NCBI GenBank assembly: GCA_032718475.1
Contig: JAUCBJ010008008.1
Span: 1-56,698, forward strand
Source: Nemertoderma westbladi
Taxonomy: Eukaryota; Animalia; Xenacoelomorpha
Direction: 5' to 3'
Length of the DNA stretch: 56,698 nucleotides
Shown here: in pieces, positions 13,058 through 24,974 of the stretch
How the letters are laid out: every line of letters starts with the position of its first letter
Position numbering within the stretch: the first letter of the stretch is position 1
Position numbers and translations under genes: made by a program
The notes under the pieces: model-generated
The model's database searches: none
What the model saw: the letters and a program-made list of their open reading frames with translations, nothing else
What the model was told of the DNA's origin: nothing

Positions 13058-13599
13058 AATATTGGTGAAGGTGAAGCTGAAATTCAATATCTTGAGTCCA
13101 TAATCCAGGAATAGATATCATGTGGCTGGTGGAGTAAGAGGTACTAGTCACAGAGACGATGTGATTCTAGGTTCACATTGTTTTTGTGCTCGAGACAGAA
13201 GGTGGCAGAAGAATATCTGACAAATTGGACGAGAGCTGATATGCTGACCTGAAGGTTATCTTGTTTAACCAAGTATTTTTAGCAACTTACTATTTGATGG
13301 GTGCTGTGGACTGTCATAAGAAATAACCTGTGTAGAAGCTTTTTGAATACAGAACATATCTTACATATGTTCTGCTGGCGCAGGTGAGGCGTTAACCTGA
13401 GGGGTGGCTGGTATATCAATACAGTGTTCAGGTACCTCTTTCAGTATGGGTTATGGTAATGCATATCACTCTACTGTGGGGTTGAAAACAGTGCTGTACA
13501 ACACATTTGTTCTTTTTACAGTCAGAAAGTTGGTCTATTTACTGCAGCATTTATAAATGAATCAATGTTGGTAGCTGCCTCCTCTTAACTGTTGATTGG

Positions 13600-13710
13600 A
13601 AGTCCGGGATTCGGATTCGGGGGAATTTGGAAAGGCATGGGCTGCCTTGAATAAGCTTTCCAGGATTTGGAAGTCACAGAGAATTAATCGGAAACTTAAG
13701 GTCCGATCAT
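13600..13710 (+). mobile_element. RTE LINE fragment (probably the same copy as 17175-17537, split by later insertions)
   Basis: ggaaaggcatgggctgccttgaat...aaacttaaggtccgat matches 35873-35951. Confidence 0.75.
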
Positions 13711-13949
13711 GTCCTACTTAAATACGGCCTGCCAAATGGCTGCAAGGCCAAAAAATTAGTGGGTCGATTTTTCAACGTTGTCGTGGCAATATATATATAT
13801 ATTTGTATAAAGACAATCAAGTTGTTGTATATTATCTGAAATTTTATGGAGATTTCAAACATGCAACCGGTTTTTGTTACATCTTTCTTAGTTTTCGAAA
13901 TGATTTACGAAAACCAATGGGTACCCAAAAAGTGGGTTCACCATGAAAG

Positions 13950-16900
13950 TTTCAATAATCCAGAACCCAGAGAGGTAGCGTGCGGTGGAGAGTGCGGTGC
14001 GGGTCGCCTCGAAGGCAGCCTGGTGCTGGGGGAGCCACAACCAAGTGGAGTAGTTGGAGTTCAGGCTGCGGAGGGGCTCCACCAGTTGGGTGATTTCGGC
14101 GGGGGAGTTGCCGAGTTGCTGAGCCAGGCCGAGGAAGGATTGGAGTTCTTTCCGACATGTCGGGATGGGGAAGTGGCGAAGGTTGTTCGTGAGCGGATAT
14201 ATCTTTTTACAGAACACAGCAGAACACAGCAGAACACAATAGAATACAGGCGGAACATAGGCGAACACAGCTGTAATTAAAATCTACACCAAAGAATAAC
14301 ACACTTGGGAAAGTACCGGATTTAATCATACAACTGTAAGATGTCAATTACATAATTAAATTAAATGGCGGTTTTCCATATCCTCCAAAATAAATTACTT
14401 CTCAACATCCTGTAACCATGGAGAGTTGGTTAGTTCTACAGCAGTACAGTACCGGTAGCTGAGTAGGCCTACATCAGTACATTGGTAATATACTCTACAC
14501 TGTGCCCGGTAATTGCTGGTAAATGCCTACATCTGTCTGCCTGTACAATGTACAGTCTGTCAGTCTGTACATGTCTCTACAGCACTAGGCCTACTGCAGT
14601 ACTGGAACAGGATGACAGGCAGACTGCTGGACTAGTAACAGGTACAGGCCTAACCGAACAGCTGATCGGGCAACTCTGATCAGGTAATTTATTTTTGAGG
14701 ATATGGAAAACCGCCATTTAATTTAAATATGTAATTGACATCTTACAGTTGTATGATTAAGTCCGGTACTTTCCCAAGTGTGTTGTTTTTTGATGTAGAT
14801 TTTAATTACAGCTGTGTTTGCCTATGTTCTGCCTGTATTCTATTGTGTTCTGCTGTGTTCTACTGTGTTCTGCTGTGTTCTGTAAAAAGATATATCCGCT
14901 CACGAACGACCTTCGCCACTTCCCCATCCCGACATGTCGGAAAGAACTCCAATCCTTCCTTGGCCTGGCTCAGCAACTCGGCAACCTTCTCAGCCCATCC
15001 AGGACTGAGAAGAATTGCGCAGATGGCGGAATCCGAGAGACAACCTGGAACGGGGCTGGGGAGAAGTAGGCAGGTCGGATGGTGTGCCTGTTGAGTTGCC
15101 AGAGGTCCACCATGATGCGAACTGAGTTGGGGTCCTTCTTCCGGGTGACAACCATGGGACTGAGCCACGCGCTCGGGTCGTTCTCGTCGTCTGCGGGCTC
15201 AAGGATCCACATGGTGACTTGGTCACGGAGTTCCCGGTCGAAGGCTTCCTCCAAATTGGCGGGGATGGCGCGGTTCGCATATGAGAAAGTTGGAGAGGCG
15301 TCCTTGCAGAGTTTGATTGTTATTGGGCTGCCTCTCATTACCCGACAGATCCCCAACAGTGGACGAAGGAACCAGGCCGCGAGTTTATCCCATGTGGTGC
15401 TGGTGGTTGTAGCTGCTGGTGCAGTAGCCTGGGCTGGTGGTGGGGCGGTCGGGATGGCAACCGGTTCGGGCGGGGTCGGCTGTGCTGGCCGGGCCGCAAT
15501 GGTGGAGCACTGTAGGTGGTGCGGCATACCTCCTCTCAGGATCGGGCTCGACAGGATCCCGAGGAGGAAACACGCCTTGCGGGACAGCAGTGGTTGTTGG
15601 AGGCCGTCTAGCACCCAGACCTCGGTGGTGCATGCTGTGCGGAGCGCCAGGCACTGGAAGGTGGCCTTGAAGATCCCTTTGAATGACCAGCCAGTCCTAT
15701 TGCCATTAGCGAGTTTGGGGGCCTGCGGGGCAGGGACTGGTTGCCGTAGGTTGGCCAACCGCCCCCCGAAGGAGAGGAATGTACAGAGCGGGATTCCAGT
15801 TATGTTGGTTCCGGAGTCGGGGAGGAACTGGAGCTCGCGGATGCTGAAGGAGGTGTTGGCAGCAACCTGGAACCCGACTGTGATGGTCTCCAGCGGCTCC
15901 AGCTGCTCCATCGCTGACAAGAGTGGGGCATCAGTCAGTTCGGCGCCGGCGAGGAGGGACCAAACCTCGGCGAGGTTGGTCGAAGAGAAGTCGGAGTCTG
16001 GGTTGATGTGGTTAGGTGCCCATCCCTGCCCAGATGTCATGTTGGTGTTTGGTCGGCAGGGACACATCTGGTCGTAGTGTCCCATGTTGCCATAGTGATG
16101 GCAGGTCGCATCGAGACTGGGATACCGTTTACCGATGGGGTGGGGCGGATAACCGCACTGGGGGCAGCGGGTACTGGAAGTAGTGCCGCGGGGACGGCCC
16201 GAGCGCCCTCATTCGGGTTGCCGGGGGCGCAGTGCGTTGGCCCGAGCTGCAGCCAATGCGGGTGCGGTGTTCGCGAAGGAGGCGGCGTCTTTCCAGGCGG
16301 CCCACACGGCCTGCGCTAGTTGCAGTGCGTTGGTGAGGGAACTTCTGGCTGGGAGGCGGAGAAGGTGTTTGGTGACCTCCTGGTCGTGGAATCCAGCAAT
16401 GAACTGATCCAGGAGGTGATCTTTTGTATGGGCATCGGCAGTGGGAAGCGCTGCGAAACCGCATTTGGTGGCGATGTCGCGGAGGTGCACCAGGAATGTT
16501 TCGGGTGGTTCCTCTGGGAGGCAGTTTTGGCGGGCAAGTTCCTGGCGTAAGACTCGCTTGTTTGTCCCCCCGTAGATGTGAGTGCCGAGCTTCCTGAGTA
16601 CTGTATTGGGATCGGAGTTCTCGGCAGTTGTTAGACCAAGTCCCTTTACAACGGAATTCGTGCTCCACGAGAAGGCCGTTGTCAGGGCGGCGCGTCATTG
16701 CCGGTTGGTGGCGGTGAGGAGTCGCTCGGAGGCTTGTGGGTCTGGAGGGACGGAGGTGTCTGTCACACGGAGGTTGCCCAGGCCGGACGTGACGGGGAAG
16801 GCCTCCCACTCGTCCTTCTACAGGTCCCAGGTCGATCGCTCTGAGTTGATATCGAATGGTGGGGGTGCACTGCGGAGGATAAAAGTGAGAGGGTCGCTGT

Positions 16901-17174
16901 TGTCGGCGGGCACGGGCAGGTGCGTATCCATGTTCAGACAAGTACTGCATTAGGATCAGAAGATAGCAGTGGCACATAGAGGTTTTAGGCAGTCAGGTGT
17001 GGCAGTTTGGGCAGTGAGTGTCACGGTAGGTTCGAGAACCAAAGCTGAGCCATGACTAGCTGTATGATACCGGTCGTCCGTATATTAAGTATCCGTCAGT
17101 ATACTGGTATATCCATAATGCATACAAGATAAAACAAGACAAGGGGCGAGCCATCGAGGCAAGTCTACTACACA
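13950..17174 (-). mobile_element. Decayed, rearranged Ty3/Gypsy retrotransposon (gag, protease, partial RT)
   Basis: Gag LRDIATKCGF...DQFIAGFHD...LL; decayed CCHC knuckles; protease FLPDSGT; RT WLSPMVVTRKKD..VRIMVDLWQLN...FFSVLD; RT thumb PTCRKELQSFLGLAQQL...W...HQAAFE; possible short LTR 17054-17174 followed by TGGCTCAGC; frameshifts; no YxDD segment. Confidence 0.85.
14195..14897. mobile_element. Foldback (Mutator-like) MITE inserted in the Gypsy RT
   Basis: ~200-bp TIRs starting GGATATATCTTTTTACAGAACACAGC, with agaacacagc subrepeats. Confidence 0.8.
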
Positions 17175-17537
17175 GTGTCAAGTGCAATGCACACATCTCC
17201 AACCATACACTATAAAACATTGGAGGTGTCTCATTGGTTCCCCCAAGCTTGACACTAGAACAAAATCGCCTCCGCTTTGCAGGACATTGCTTTCGCCGTG
17301 AGGACCAGCCAGTGCATAATCTTGTACTTTGGCAGCCTCATGGAGTGAATAAGCATGGTGGACAGCCCATGACTTTCTTGAGACGCATCTTAAAGGACAC
17401 TGGTCTTAAAGATGCGGATGATCTAGCAAATGTCATGGGTGATAGGGAGTTGTGGTGGTGCAATTTTGTTGACAAGCCGGCACAGCATTCTTAAAAATGC
17501 AGCTGCAATGCAGCATGCCGATCCTAGTAGTAGTAGT
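17175..17537 (+). mobile_element. RTE LINE 3' end with (TAG)n tail
   Basis: Near-identical to 36069-36418; ORF 17234-17494. Confidence 0.9.
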
Positions 17538-17799
17538 TGGAAAGGGCGCTCTTTGGGGTATTAACAGTAGTCATGGACAGGACAGAGTTAATTCATTCTT
17601 CCGACATAGGATGTGATAGATGTAGAACTTCCAACCTCTGGGGCCTGTTTCGGTGTAATTTCAGTTTCCCTTTTCATCCTGAAACCTTTTCCTCTCAGAT
17701 GAGTGTTCAACTATTAGCGAGTAGGAAGTCTTGTTCTCGTTTCAATTTCGGTAGACAAGGATTCCGTGCATCACCCACTACATAATATGTCATTATGTA

Positions 17800-20440
17800 G
17801 TACTAGTCCGGCAATCGCCAGGTCCTCCCCATAACTATAATGAACAGTCGTCTTCCGCTCCGCCTACGTATAGCTGTACTGGTGGCTCGAAATTACTGGA
17901 AATCGCCACAGCGTTAGCCACCATCCGGATGAAATGGACCCAACCTTTAATTTTAATGGGCGACTTCAATGCTCGCATCGATGGAACTGAATCGATACGA
18001 GGTGATACATTGGTTAGCGTTCTCCTTGGCGCCGAAATGCGCTTTGTGTAAATGACCCGGTTGTGCCGACGTAGTACTGTTGGAATGGGCAAAGCACAAT
18101 AGATTTAGTATTTATTGATAAAGTATTTAGTGATTCCATTAGATATTCTACAAACAACAAACACAAAACACCAACGAATATGTTTAACAGTCCCCTGGGG
18201 CAGCCAGACAATACGACAACTCCGGACCACAGCTGTAACGATATTAGACACAGATAAACTGGGAGAATCACTGGATCCAGCTAAATTCGAAACTGCTCTC
18301 AACCATGGAGCCGACTCAGTGTGCGCTTATATATCCACCACCATTACCAACTCCGCTGCCACACAGAAACCCAGAAAATCGAAACAGTGGTTTGATAAAG
18401 AATGTTATGCCGCACGGCAGAACCTACAGCTAATATTCCGAGAGATGCAGAAAAGCCAATCAATGGAATCCAGACTGCATTACAATGATAAGAAACGTGA
18501 ATACAAAAATTTGTTAAACAATAAGCGGAATCTATTTAAGACTCGTAAGGAACACGAGTTAATTGAAACCTGCGAGCGGGACAAATCAGTGTTCTGGAAC
18601 ATTCTAAAAGGTAGATCTCAAACAAAACCGGCAGCCAACCAAGTAACAGAGGAATCATGGGTGAATTATTTTACAAGTTTACTAACCGTGAAACAAGAGC
18701 CTAAACTTCCGGATATACCAGAAAATCCCGATAACATATTAGATGCCCCAATCGAAGAGGACGAAGTTGCAAATGCAGTAAAACATCAGAAGAACAGGAA
18801 AGCGGCCGGACCAGACGGCATCACTTATGAGTCCCTTAAGTGCGGTATGCCTCTCCTATTACCATATGTACTCGCTCTGTTCCAGTTGTGTTTCACAACG
18901 GCCAGCTGCCCTGTGATCTGGCTGTCCGCCTATCTTATACCTCTGTATAAAGGCAAAGGGGCAAAGTCCGATCCCAGCCACTACCGAGGTATTGCACTTC
19001 TGTCATGTTTATTTAAAACTTACACCGCCATTATTAGTGCAAGACTGTATAAATGGGCTAAGACTCATAATTTATTCCCTCCAGAACAGTATGGTTACCG
19101 CGAAGGGCGATCGACAATCATGGCAGAAAAGCAGCTATATAACCGCATTAACTCCGCATTTGCGCCATCTGGCGGGCATTTATACTGTGTATTTGTCGAC
19201 TTCAAAAAAGCATTCGACTCGGTGAATAGGGAGATCCTCTGCAAGAAACTCTCGGCTAAAGGTGACAGCAAGCGGTTCATCCAGGTTATCTGGGCGCTGA
19301 TTGCTGTGAACTTCGTGTGTCTGTGTATCGGTATGTTCATTCTAGAACCGCTGAGACAATCAGTAGGTGTGGTCCAAGGGGACAAACTCTCTCCGCTACT
19401 TTTCTGTCTATTTGTCGCCGACTTACCTGCTGCAATAGCTTGCTGGGTAGTTATGTATGCTGACGATCTCGTAATCACTGGAGATTCCATTGCAACTATA
19501 CAAGAAGGCCTAGATAGATTAGCTGATTACTGCACGCTGAATGAACTGACAGTAAATATAGGAAAAACCAAAGCTGTTAAGTTCTGTAATGGCGGCCGGC
19601 TATGCAACACTGACACACTAACCTATAATGGTAGCCCAATAGAATTCAAAACAAAGTTCGAATACCTCGGTGTGATTTTATCCACGAAAAACTGGGCCAG
19701 AAGGCACTACGCACACTTATACAACAAAGGTGTCGCCTGCAGCATGCATCTATAGCCATACTTACTGCAGTTTCCATGACAACAGCAAAACAACTATGGC
19801 AGTCCTTCGTCTTCCCTTCATTCTTCTACGGATGCTGCATCTTTACCTCCCAAACTAATGTAGCTCAACTAGATCACGTGACTCGAACCCGAGCCTTCTT
19901 TTGGAAACTGTGGTTTGGCGTCGGCAAGTTTGCATCATCGTCTGCCATTCTGCGCGTGGTAGATGACCCCACCAGCGCGCAAATCGACCCAGGTCAACTG
20001 ACGGGCTACCGACGCCGCACCGCCGGACAACTAATTTCCAATGGCTTCCACCACAAACTCTGCAATTCCTCCAATTGTTGGCGAGCTGCTGATTATTGCA
20101 TCTGCCGCTTCTGCGGTGCATTAGCCCACAATACTGACCACTATCAGCACTGCCAGCATGTTCCGCAGAACTGTTCCCCTCTAAGAAACGCGATGTTTTT
20201 AGATAGTCTGCCTGCTCCGATCCACACGCACACGACGCAAAATAAATATATACTCTTTTAATTATGTATGCATGTTTTGTAGATATATTGTTTATCCCGT
20301 TTTAAATTATTTTACTCCAAATGTTGGAATATAATACAATTACATTCATAATATGTCATTATTATTGGAATTTAATTTCATTTTAATTAAATTATTTTAA
20401 GTTTTTAATCGTCAAGCTTGAAGTAATAAATCTTTCAGGA
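17800..20440 (+). mobile_element. LINE (CR1/L2/Daphne-group-like), 5'-truncated, ORF2 disrupted
   Basis: APE endonuclease remnants (ILMGDFNARI at ~17950; GQSTIDLVFI at ~18087), RT ORF 18115-19755, C-terminal ORF 19776-20261, AT-rich 3' UTR with aataaa at ~20425. Confidence 0.85.
18115..19755 (+). CDS. Non-LTR reverse transcriptase (ORF2 fragment)
   Basis: KAAGPDGI, YRGIALL, QYGYREGRST, FVDFKKAFDSV, GVVQGDKLSPLLF, MYADDLV, FEYLGV. Confidence 0.9.
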   Translation: MIKYLVIPLDILQTTNTKHQRICLTVPWGSQTIRQLRTTAVTILDTDKLGESLDPAKFETALNHGADSVCAYISTTITNSAATQKPRKSKQWFDKECYAARQNLQLIFREMQKSQSMESRLHYNDKKREYKNLLNNKRNLFKTRKEHELIETCERDKSVFWNILKGRSQTKPAANQVTEESWVNYFTSLLTVKQEPKLPDIPENPDNILDAPIEEDEVANAVKHQKNRKAAGPDGITYESLKCGMPLLLPYVLALFQLCFTTASCPVIWLSAYLIPLYKGKGAKSDPSHYRGIALLSCLFKTYTAIISARLYKWAKTHNLFPPEQYGYREGRSTIMAEKQLYNRINSAFAPSGGHLYCVFVDFKKAFDSVNREILCKKLSAKGDSKRFIQVIWALIAVNFVCLCIGMFILEPLRQSVGVVQGDKLSPLLFCLFVADLPAAIACWVVMYADDLVITGDSIATIQEGLDRLADYCTLNELTVNIGKTKAVKFCNGGRLCNTDTLTYNGSPIEFKTKFEYLGVILSTKNWARRHYAHLYNKGVACSMHL

Positions 20441-20693
20441 GCAACTGGTCTTACAGACAAAAAAAACGGAAAATAAATTAGCAATTGAGAACAGTAGTTG
20501 GATGCGAGCCTGTTTATAAGCTAATTAGCTAATGCCATCGAGGTTGTTGGCAGTTTTAGTCGTAAGTTTCTTACATCTTGGTTCATAATAAAATAAATTG
20601 AACAATTAAATAATTAAATCAGTACAATTATTATTATAATTACATTGCTTTATTAAAAAATTAAAAACATTATTAAATTGTTATGTTTAAAAG

Positions 20694-21243
20694 GGAGGCG
20701 GATTTACCAAAGGAAATCTGTGAGGGTTCGACTGAGTTGGAGAAGAAACTGCAGAGGACCCGTCGGCACCCGATCTACGTTCACTCAAAGATGATGATAG
20801 TGGACGACGAAGTGGTTATCATTGGTTCCGCAAACATCAACCAGCGGTCGATGAGTGGCGCACGTGATACCGAGATCGCGATAGGGGCCTACCAGCCGGG
20901 ACACGTAGATGATGGAGCCACGGCACCTCGTGGAGTGGTCCACGGATTCCGAATGTCATTGTTCGCCGAACATTTAGGAACAGAGTTCGTGAACAACATA
21001 GATCGTTTCCTTGAGCCCAGCGGCATTGATTGCATCAAAACCATTAATGAGATGGCAGAACGCAACTGGGAGTTGTATATACAGGATGAACCCAACGACC
21101 TACCAGGACACCTAATTCCCTACCCGTTGCAAATAACCCAGAAGGGACGTTTGGAGTATATACAAGGAATGAAACACTTCCCGGATACTTTAGGAAACAT
21201 TAAAGGAACCGTTACGAATTTACCCGATGATCTTACGTCTTGA
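20694..21243 (+). CDS. PLD: Phospholipase D terminal exon with second HKD motif
   Basis: aag|G GAG; [61 protein letters not shown]...LPDDLTS*; aataaa at 21269-21274. Confidence 0.95.
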
Positions 21244-21988
21244 TTTTTAATGTAGATGTTATTAGTGAAATAAAGGTTTATTAAACACAATTATCACAGT
21301 TCGAAAGAAATGCGAAATGTTAACTATGCCAGTCCGCCACTATATGAGTTGAAGTAAAAGCGTAATTGATTTATGAATACAATTTCCATCAATCGTACGT
21401 AATAAGTAATACAATAGGCCTGGCTATGTAATTTAACACGACACCATATTCAATATTCAAATACATTATCTTCTAGAATAATAATATAGTCTCTAAATAC
21501 AAAAGCTCGCCACCTAAAAAATTTCCACAAATCTTAATGAGATTTCATGAAATTTGAATCATAGACAGTTTGACCTATTAATTAATTAGTGGGTTGTAGG
21601 AATTTATATTTGCGCTTGAAATCTTTAGTTACAAAGAAATGTATACTACACTGCTCGCAGTACTGTCTACGAACCGCCGAAAAGGTTAACTTTCTCAACA
21701 ATTCAAATAACTAAAGAGTACTAAAATATATTTCTTTTACAAATAGCTGAGGTATGAGTCTTTGAAATTAGTCAGATTTAGCATTTGCAGTAGCTAGAAG
21801 GTTATAAAATCGTCAAACATTATAAATAATTAATTTTAGAAAAATAATCTTCTGGGGTGTATGGCAGGTTAATGAGTTAAATAGCTTCGGGCTTATTTAA
21901 AATAATTTCTAACAAACTTTCGAAAGTTCATATCTCAGTTATTCCGCAACAAAATTAAAATATAATTAAAACATTGGAATCCCTTTAA

Positions 21989-24974
21989 GGGGGGGGGGGG
22001 GGGTATAATAATTGGGGTCAAAAAATATAAAAAAAATTTTATACCCGTTTCTTGTAGCAAATTTTATGGAGATTTCAAATCTGTAAACAGTTTATTTCTA
22101 GCTTGTCTAGTTTTCGAGTTATGGCTCATTATATAGACACGCATCCTGAAAATTATTTGAAAAAAATGACAAAAATTAACAAAATTTCCGGCTTGTTGCA
22201 CTGAAATCATTGTATTGGCTAATAAGTTATTACAGGTTGGAATGTATTTTGCGGGAAGTTTAAAACGAGAATTTGCACATTGTTATGTTTTAGTTACTAA
22301 CTGTATGCTGTATTGGTGTTTCAATCAATGCAATCAGCAGTTTTGACGGACACAGACTATAGAGCGTCCTCCATCTTCGAATCGAAAATTGTACATACAT
22401 CGTTGACGATATAATTTTTATAATACAGTATGCCACGAATAACTCAACAATGGAAAGCAGGATTTCGAGGAACCAAGAAACAAGATACCGGTACATTGAA
22501 CCTCGCGCATATGAAATCGATTTCAGTACCGGTACCGGTCCGGTAGTGCCAAAAGATCGAGAACCGTCGCTAATAGCATCGAATCTGAATGTCCTACCCT
22601 CAGATGGAAAGTTGGAGGGATATAACGTTGTAGCAACGCAAATAATAAAGAAACTGATAATGGAGAAACATGATGATAAGCAATGTGACGGTACAGTAGT
22701 GATAAATGAGTCACATCGTGGTTATAGTACCAATTTTGAGGGGAAATGTTCACGTTGTGATTGGCAATATTCTACTTTCACGAGCGACCAAGTTTCTCGA
22801 ACTGAACCTCGTCCTGGAAGAAAAACAGCGGATGTGAATCTTCGTGCAGTACTGGCTTGGCTTTGTGTTGGTGGGACCCATGGTGATGCAGAGACGTTTT
22901 CTAGAATAATGTCACTACCATCTCCTGTTGCGAAGAGAGCCTGGCAATTTCATGTCAACGAAATCTCGAAGGTCACGGAATCACTTGCACGAGGAAATGC
23001 AAAAAATTGTGCAATGAAAGAGATTGACAGGGAAATATGTATATCTTTTGACGGTACATGGATGAAAAGAGGCCATCAATCACTTTATGGTGCCGCGTTT
23101 ATCATATCCGAAAATACAGGACATGTCATTGATTTCGATGTTTGTTCAAAATACTGTAATATTTGTAGCCGCAACAAAGAAGAAGATGGCAATGCTGATC
23201 ATGAGTGTAATATAAATTATTCAGGGTCCAGTTCAGGTATGGAACCTCATTTAGCTGTTAAACTATTCAATAGATCCCTATCAAATAATGGTGTCATATA
23301 TCAATCAATGGTATCGGATGGCGACAGCAGCGTTATGAAGAACATATTGGAGTCCGATCCTTACAGAGAGCAGAATGTAACAGTGCAGAAGAAAGAGTGC
23401 CTGAACCACGTTGCGAAGCGTCTATATACAGGTCTTTCCAATGCTCGCAAAACTCATAAACTTGGAGGCAAGGGAGGGTTGACTGATAGTCGATGTCACC
23501 AATTGCAGTCATATTACCGAAATACGATCGTGAAGAATATAGCAGATGTTGATATAGATAAACTCTCAGAGACTGAAAAATCAGTGCTCATAAGCACGAT
23601 TCGAAGTGAAATCGTGGCTGCAACACATCACTATTGTGATTATGGAGATAATGTTGAGAAACAACATGAGTTATGCCCTGAAAATAAGTGGTGTAAATTC
23701 AAAAACAATGCTATAAGTTACAAAAATGTAACATTTATAAAAGAGGCAAACATGAAGTTTATTTTACCTGTTTATGAACGCCTAACAACGAGCGAAATTC
23801 TGGAACGCTGTATCCCTGGCCTCACACAAAATCCGAACGAATCTCTGCATTCACGGCTATGGACTCGTCTATCTAAAGAAACGTTTGTGGGTCTAAGTAC
23901 ACTCATGTTTCATGTTTCGTATACTGTTTTAGTTCACAATCGGGGGTGTTCAGCAGAACAGATAATTTTGAAGAAGCTTGGCCTTGAGGAAGATGATGGT
24001 GACCTTGCAGAACGAGCAAAGAAGGTCAACCTAAAACGTAAACAGAAAAGTACTGAACACAAACCATCAAAGAAATGGCAAGCACCCGATCATAAGTCAT
24101 ATAAATCTGGGGCCTTTTAATTAACTTTTTAAATTTCATTTTAAATTTTTAAATTTAATTTTAATTAATGAATATTAATATAGTGCCTACTTTGAATTAT
24201 TATTTTTTATTGATTTCAGTTTTTTGTTCAAATTTTGTCAAAAAAATTCACACCCTTTAACATGTCTTTTATATGAAATAATATGACCTTAAGATTAACA
24301 TGCGATAATAATACAATTTTTGGAATCTACATAAAATTTGGAACTAGATGAAAAAAATTTTATTAGAATTCACTGAGTTTATCTCATTTAATCGAAATTT
24401 CAAAAATTTAACTTCATAATAAAATAAACAAACTTGAACTTTAAACCTGTTTTTCTCCAATTAGCATTTTTCAAACGAAAAATGCTAAGGCTCTGTCAAA
24501 AATGGCCCAAATGTGCTGATTTTTTGCATGATCGATGATTGTGGGGTCCTTTACAAAATGCATTGACAAAATTTTGATATTTTTTTAAAAACTCAATTTT
24601 TTCGAAAAATTGGGCCAAATTTTTGAAATTTTGGTCATTTTTTGGACCAAAAATGTCCCTTTTGGTGCTTTTTGCTCTTCTCGACAAGATATCAAAATTT
24701 TGTCAATGCAAATCGTTTGGGACGTCCTACTGACTTTCTCACGTGAGTTTTGAAGTATTTGGATAATTTGGCTAGAAGCCTTAGCATTTTTTTTCATTTT
24801 TTGCCTTTTTGGCAAAATTTTGGTGAAAAAATAAAATTTTTGAAAAATTTTGAATTTTTCCAAAATTTTAATTCCTTAGTCACAAAACTCAAAATAAAAC
24901 TCCTAGCAAAAAAATAATTTTAGATGCATCTATAGAGCGTCCAAAATTTATGGTCTATTATTATACCCCCCCCC
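21989..24974 (+). mobile_element. Apparently complete DNA transposon, Kolobok-like (TTAA TSD, GG...CC termini)
   Basis: TTAA|G(n)TATAATAAT ... ATTATTATAC(n)|TTAA enclosing one intact transposase ORF. Confidence 0.8.
22450..24120 (+). CDS. DDE transposase (556 aa)
   Basis: ISFDGTWMKRGHQSLYG, NYSGSSSGME, VSDGDSS, ECLNHVAKR, TQNPNESLHS; N-terminal CxxC. Confidence 0.9.
   Translation: MESRISRNQETRYRYIEPRAYEIDFSTGTGPVVPKDREPSLIASNLNVLPSDGKLEGYNVVATQIIKKLIMEKHDDKQCDGTVVINESHRGYSTNFEGKCSRCDWQYSTFTSDQVSRTEPRPGRKTADVNLRAVLAWLCVGGTHGDAETFSRIMSLPSPVAKRAWQFHVNEISKVTESLARGNAKNCAMKEIDREICISFDGTWMKRGHQSLYGAAFIISENTGHVIDFDVCSKYCNICSRNKEEDGNADHECNINYSGSSSGMEPHLAVKLFNRSLSNNGVIYQSMVSDGDSSVMKNILESDPYREQNVTVQKKECLNHVAKRLYTGLSNARKTHKLGGKGGLTDSRCHQLQSYYRNTIVKNIADVDIDKLSETEKSVLISTIRSEIVAATHHYCDYGDNVEKQHELCPENKWCKFKNNAISYKNVTFIKEANMKFILPVYERLTTSEILERCIPGLTQNPNESLHSRLWTRLSKETFVGLSTLMFHVSYTVLVHNRGCSAEQIILKKLGLEEDDGDLAERAKKVNLKRKQKSTEHKPSKKWQAPDHKSYKSGAF

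Noticed and set aside
15079-16077. 332-aa + strand ORF and other overlapping ORFs at 14.8-17 kb
   Set aside because: Antisense or alternative frames of the GC-rich Gypsy sequence
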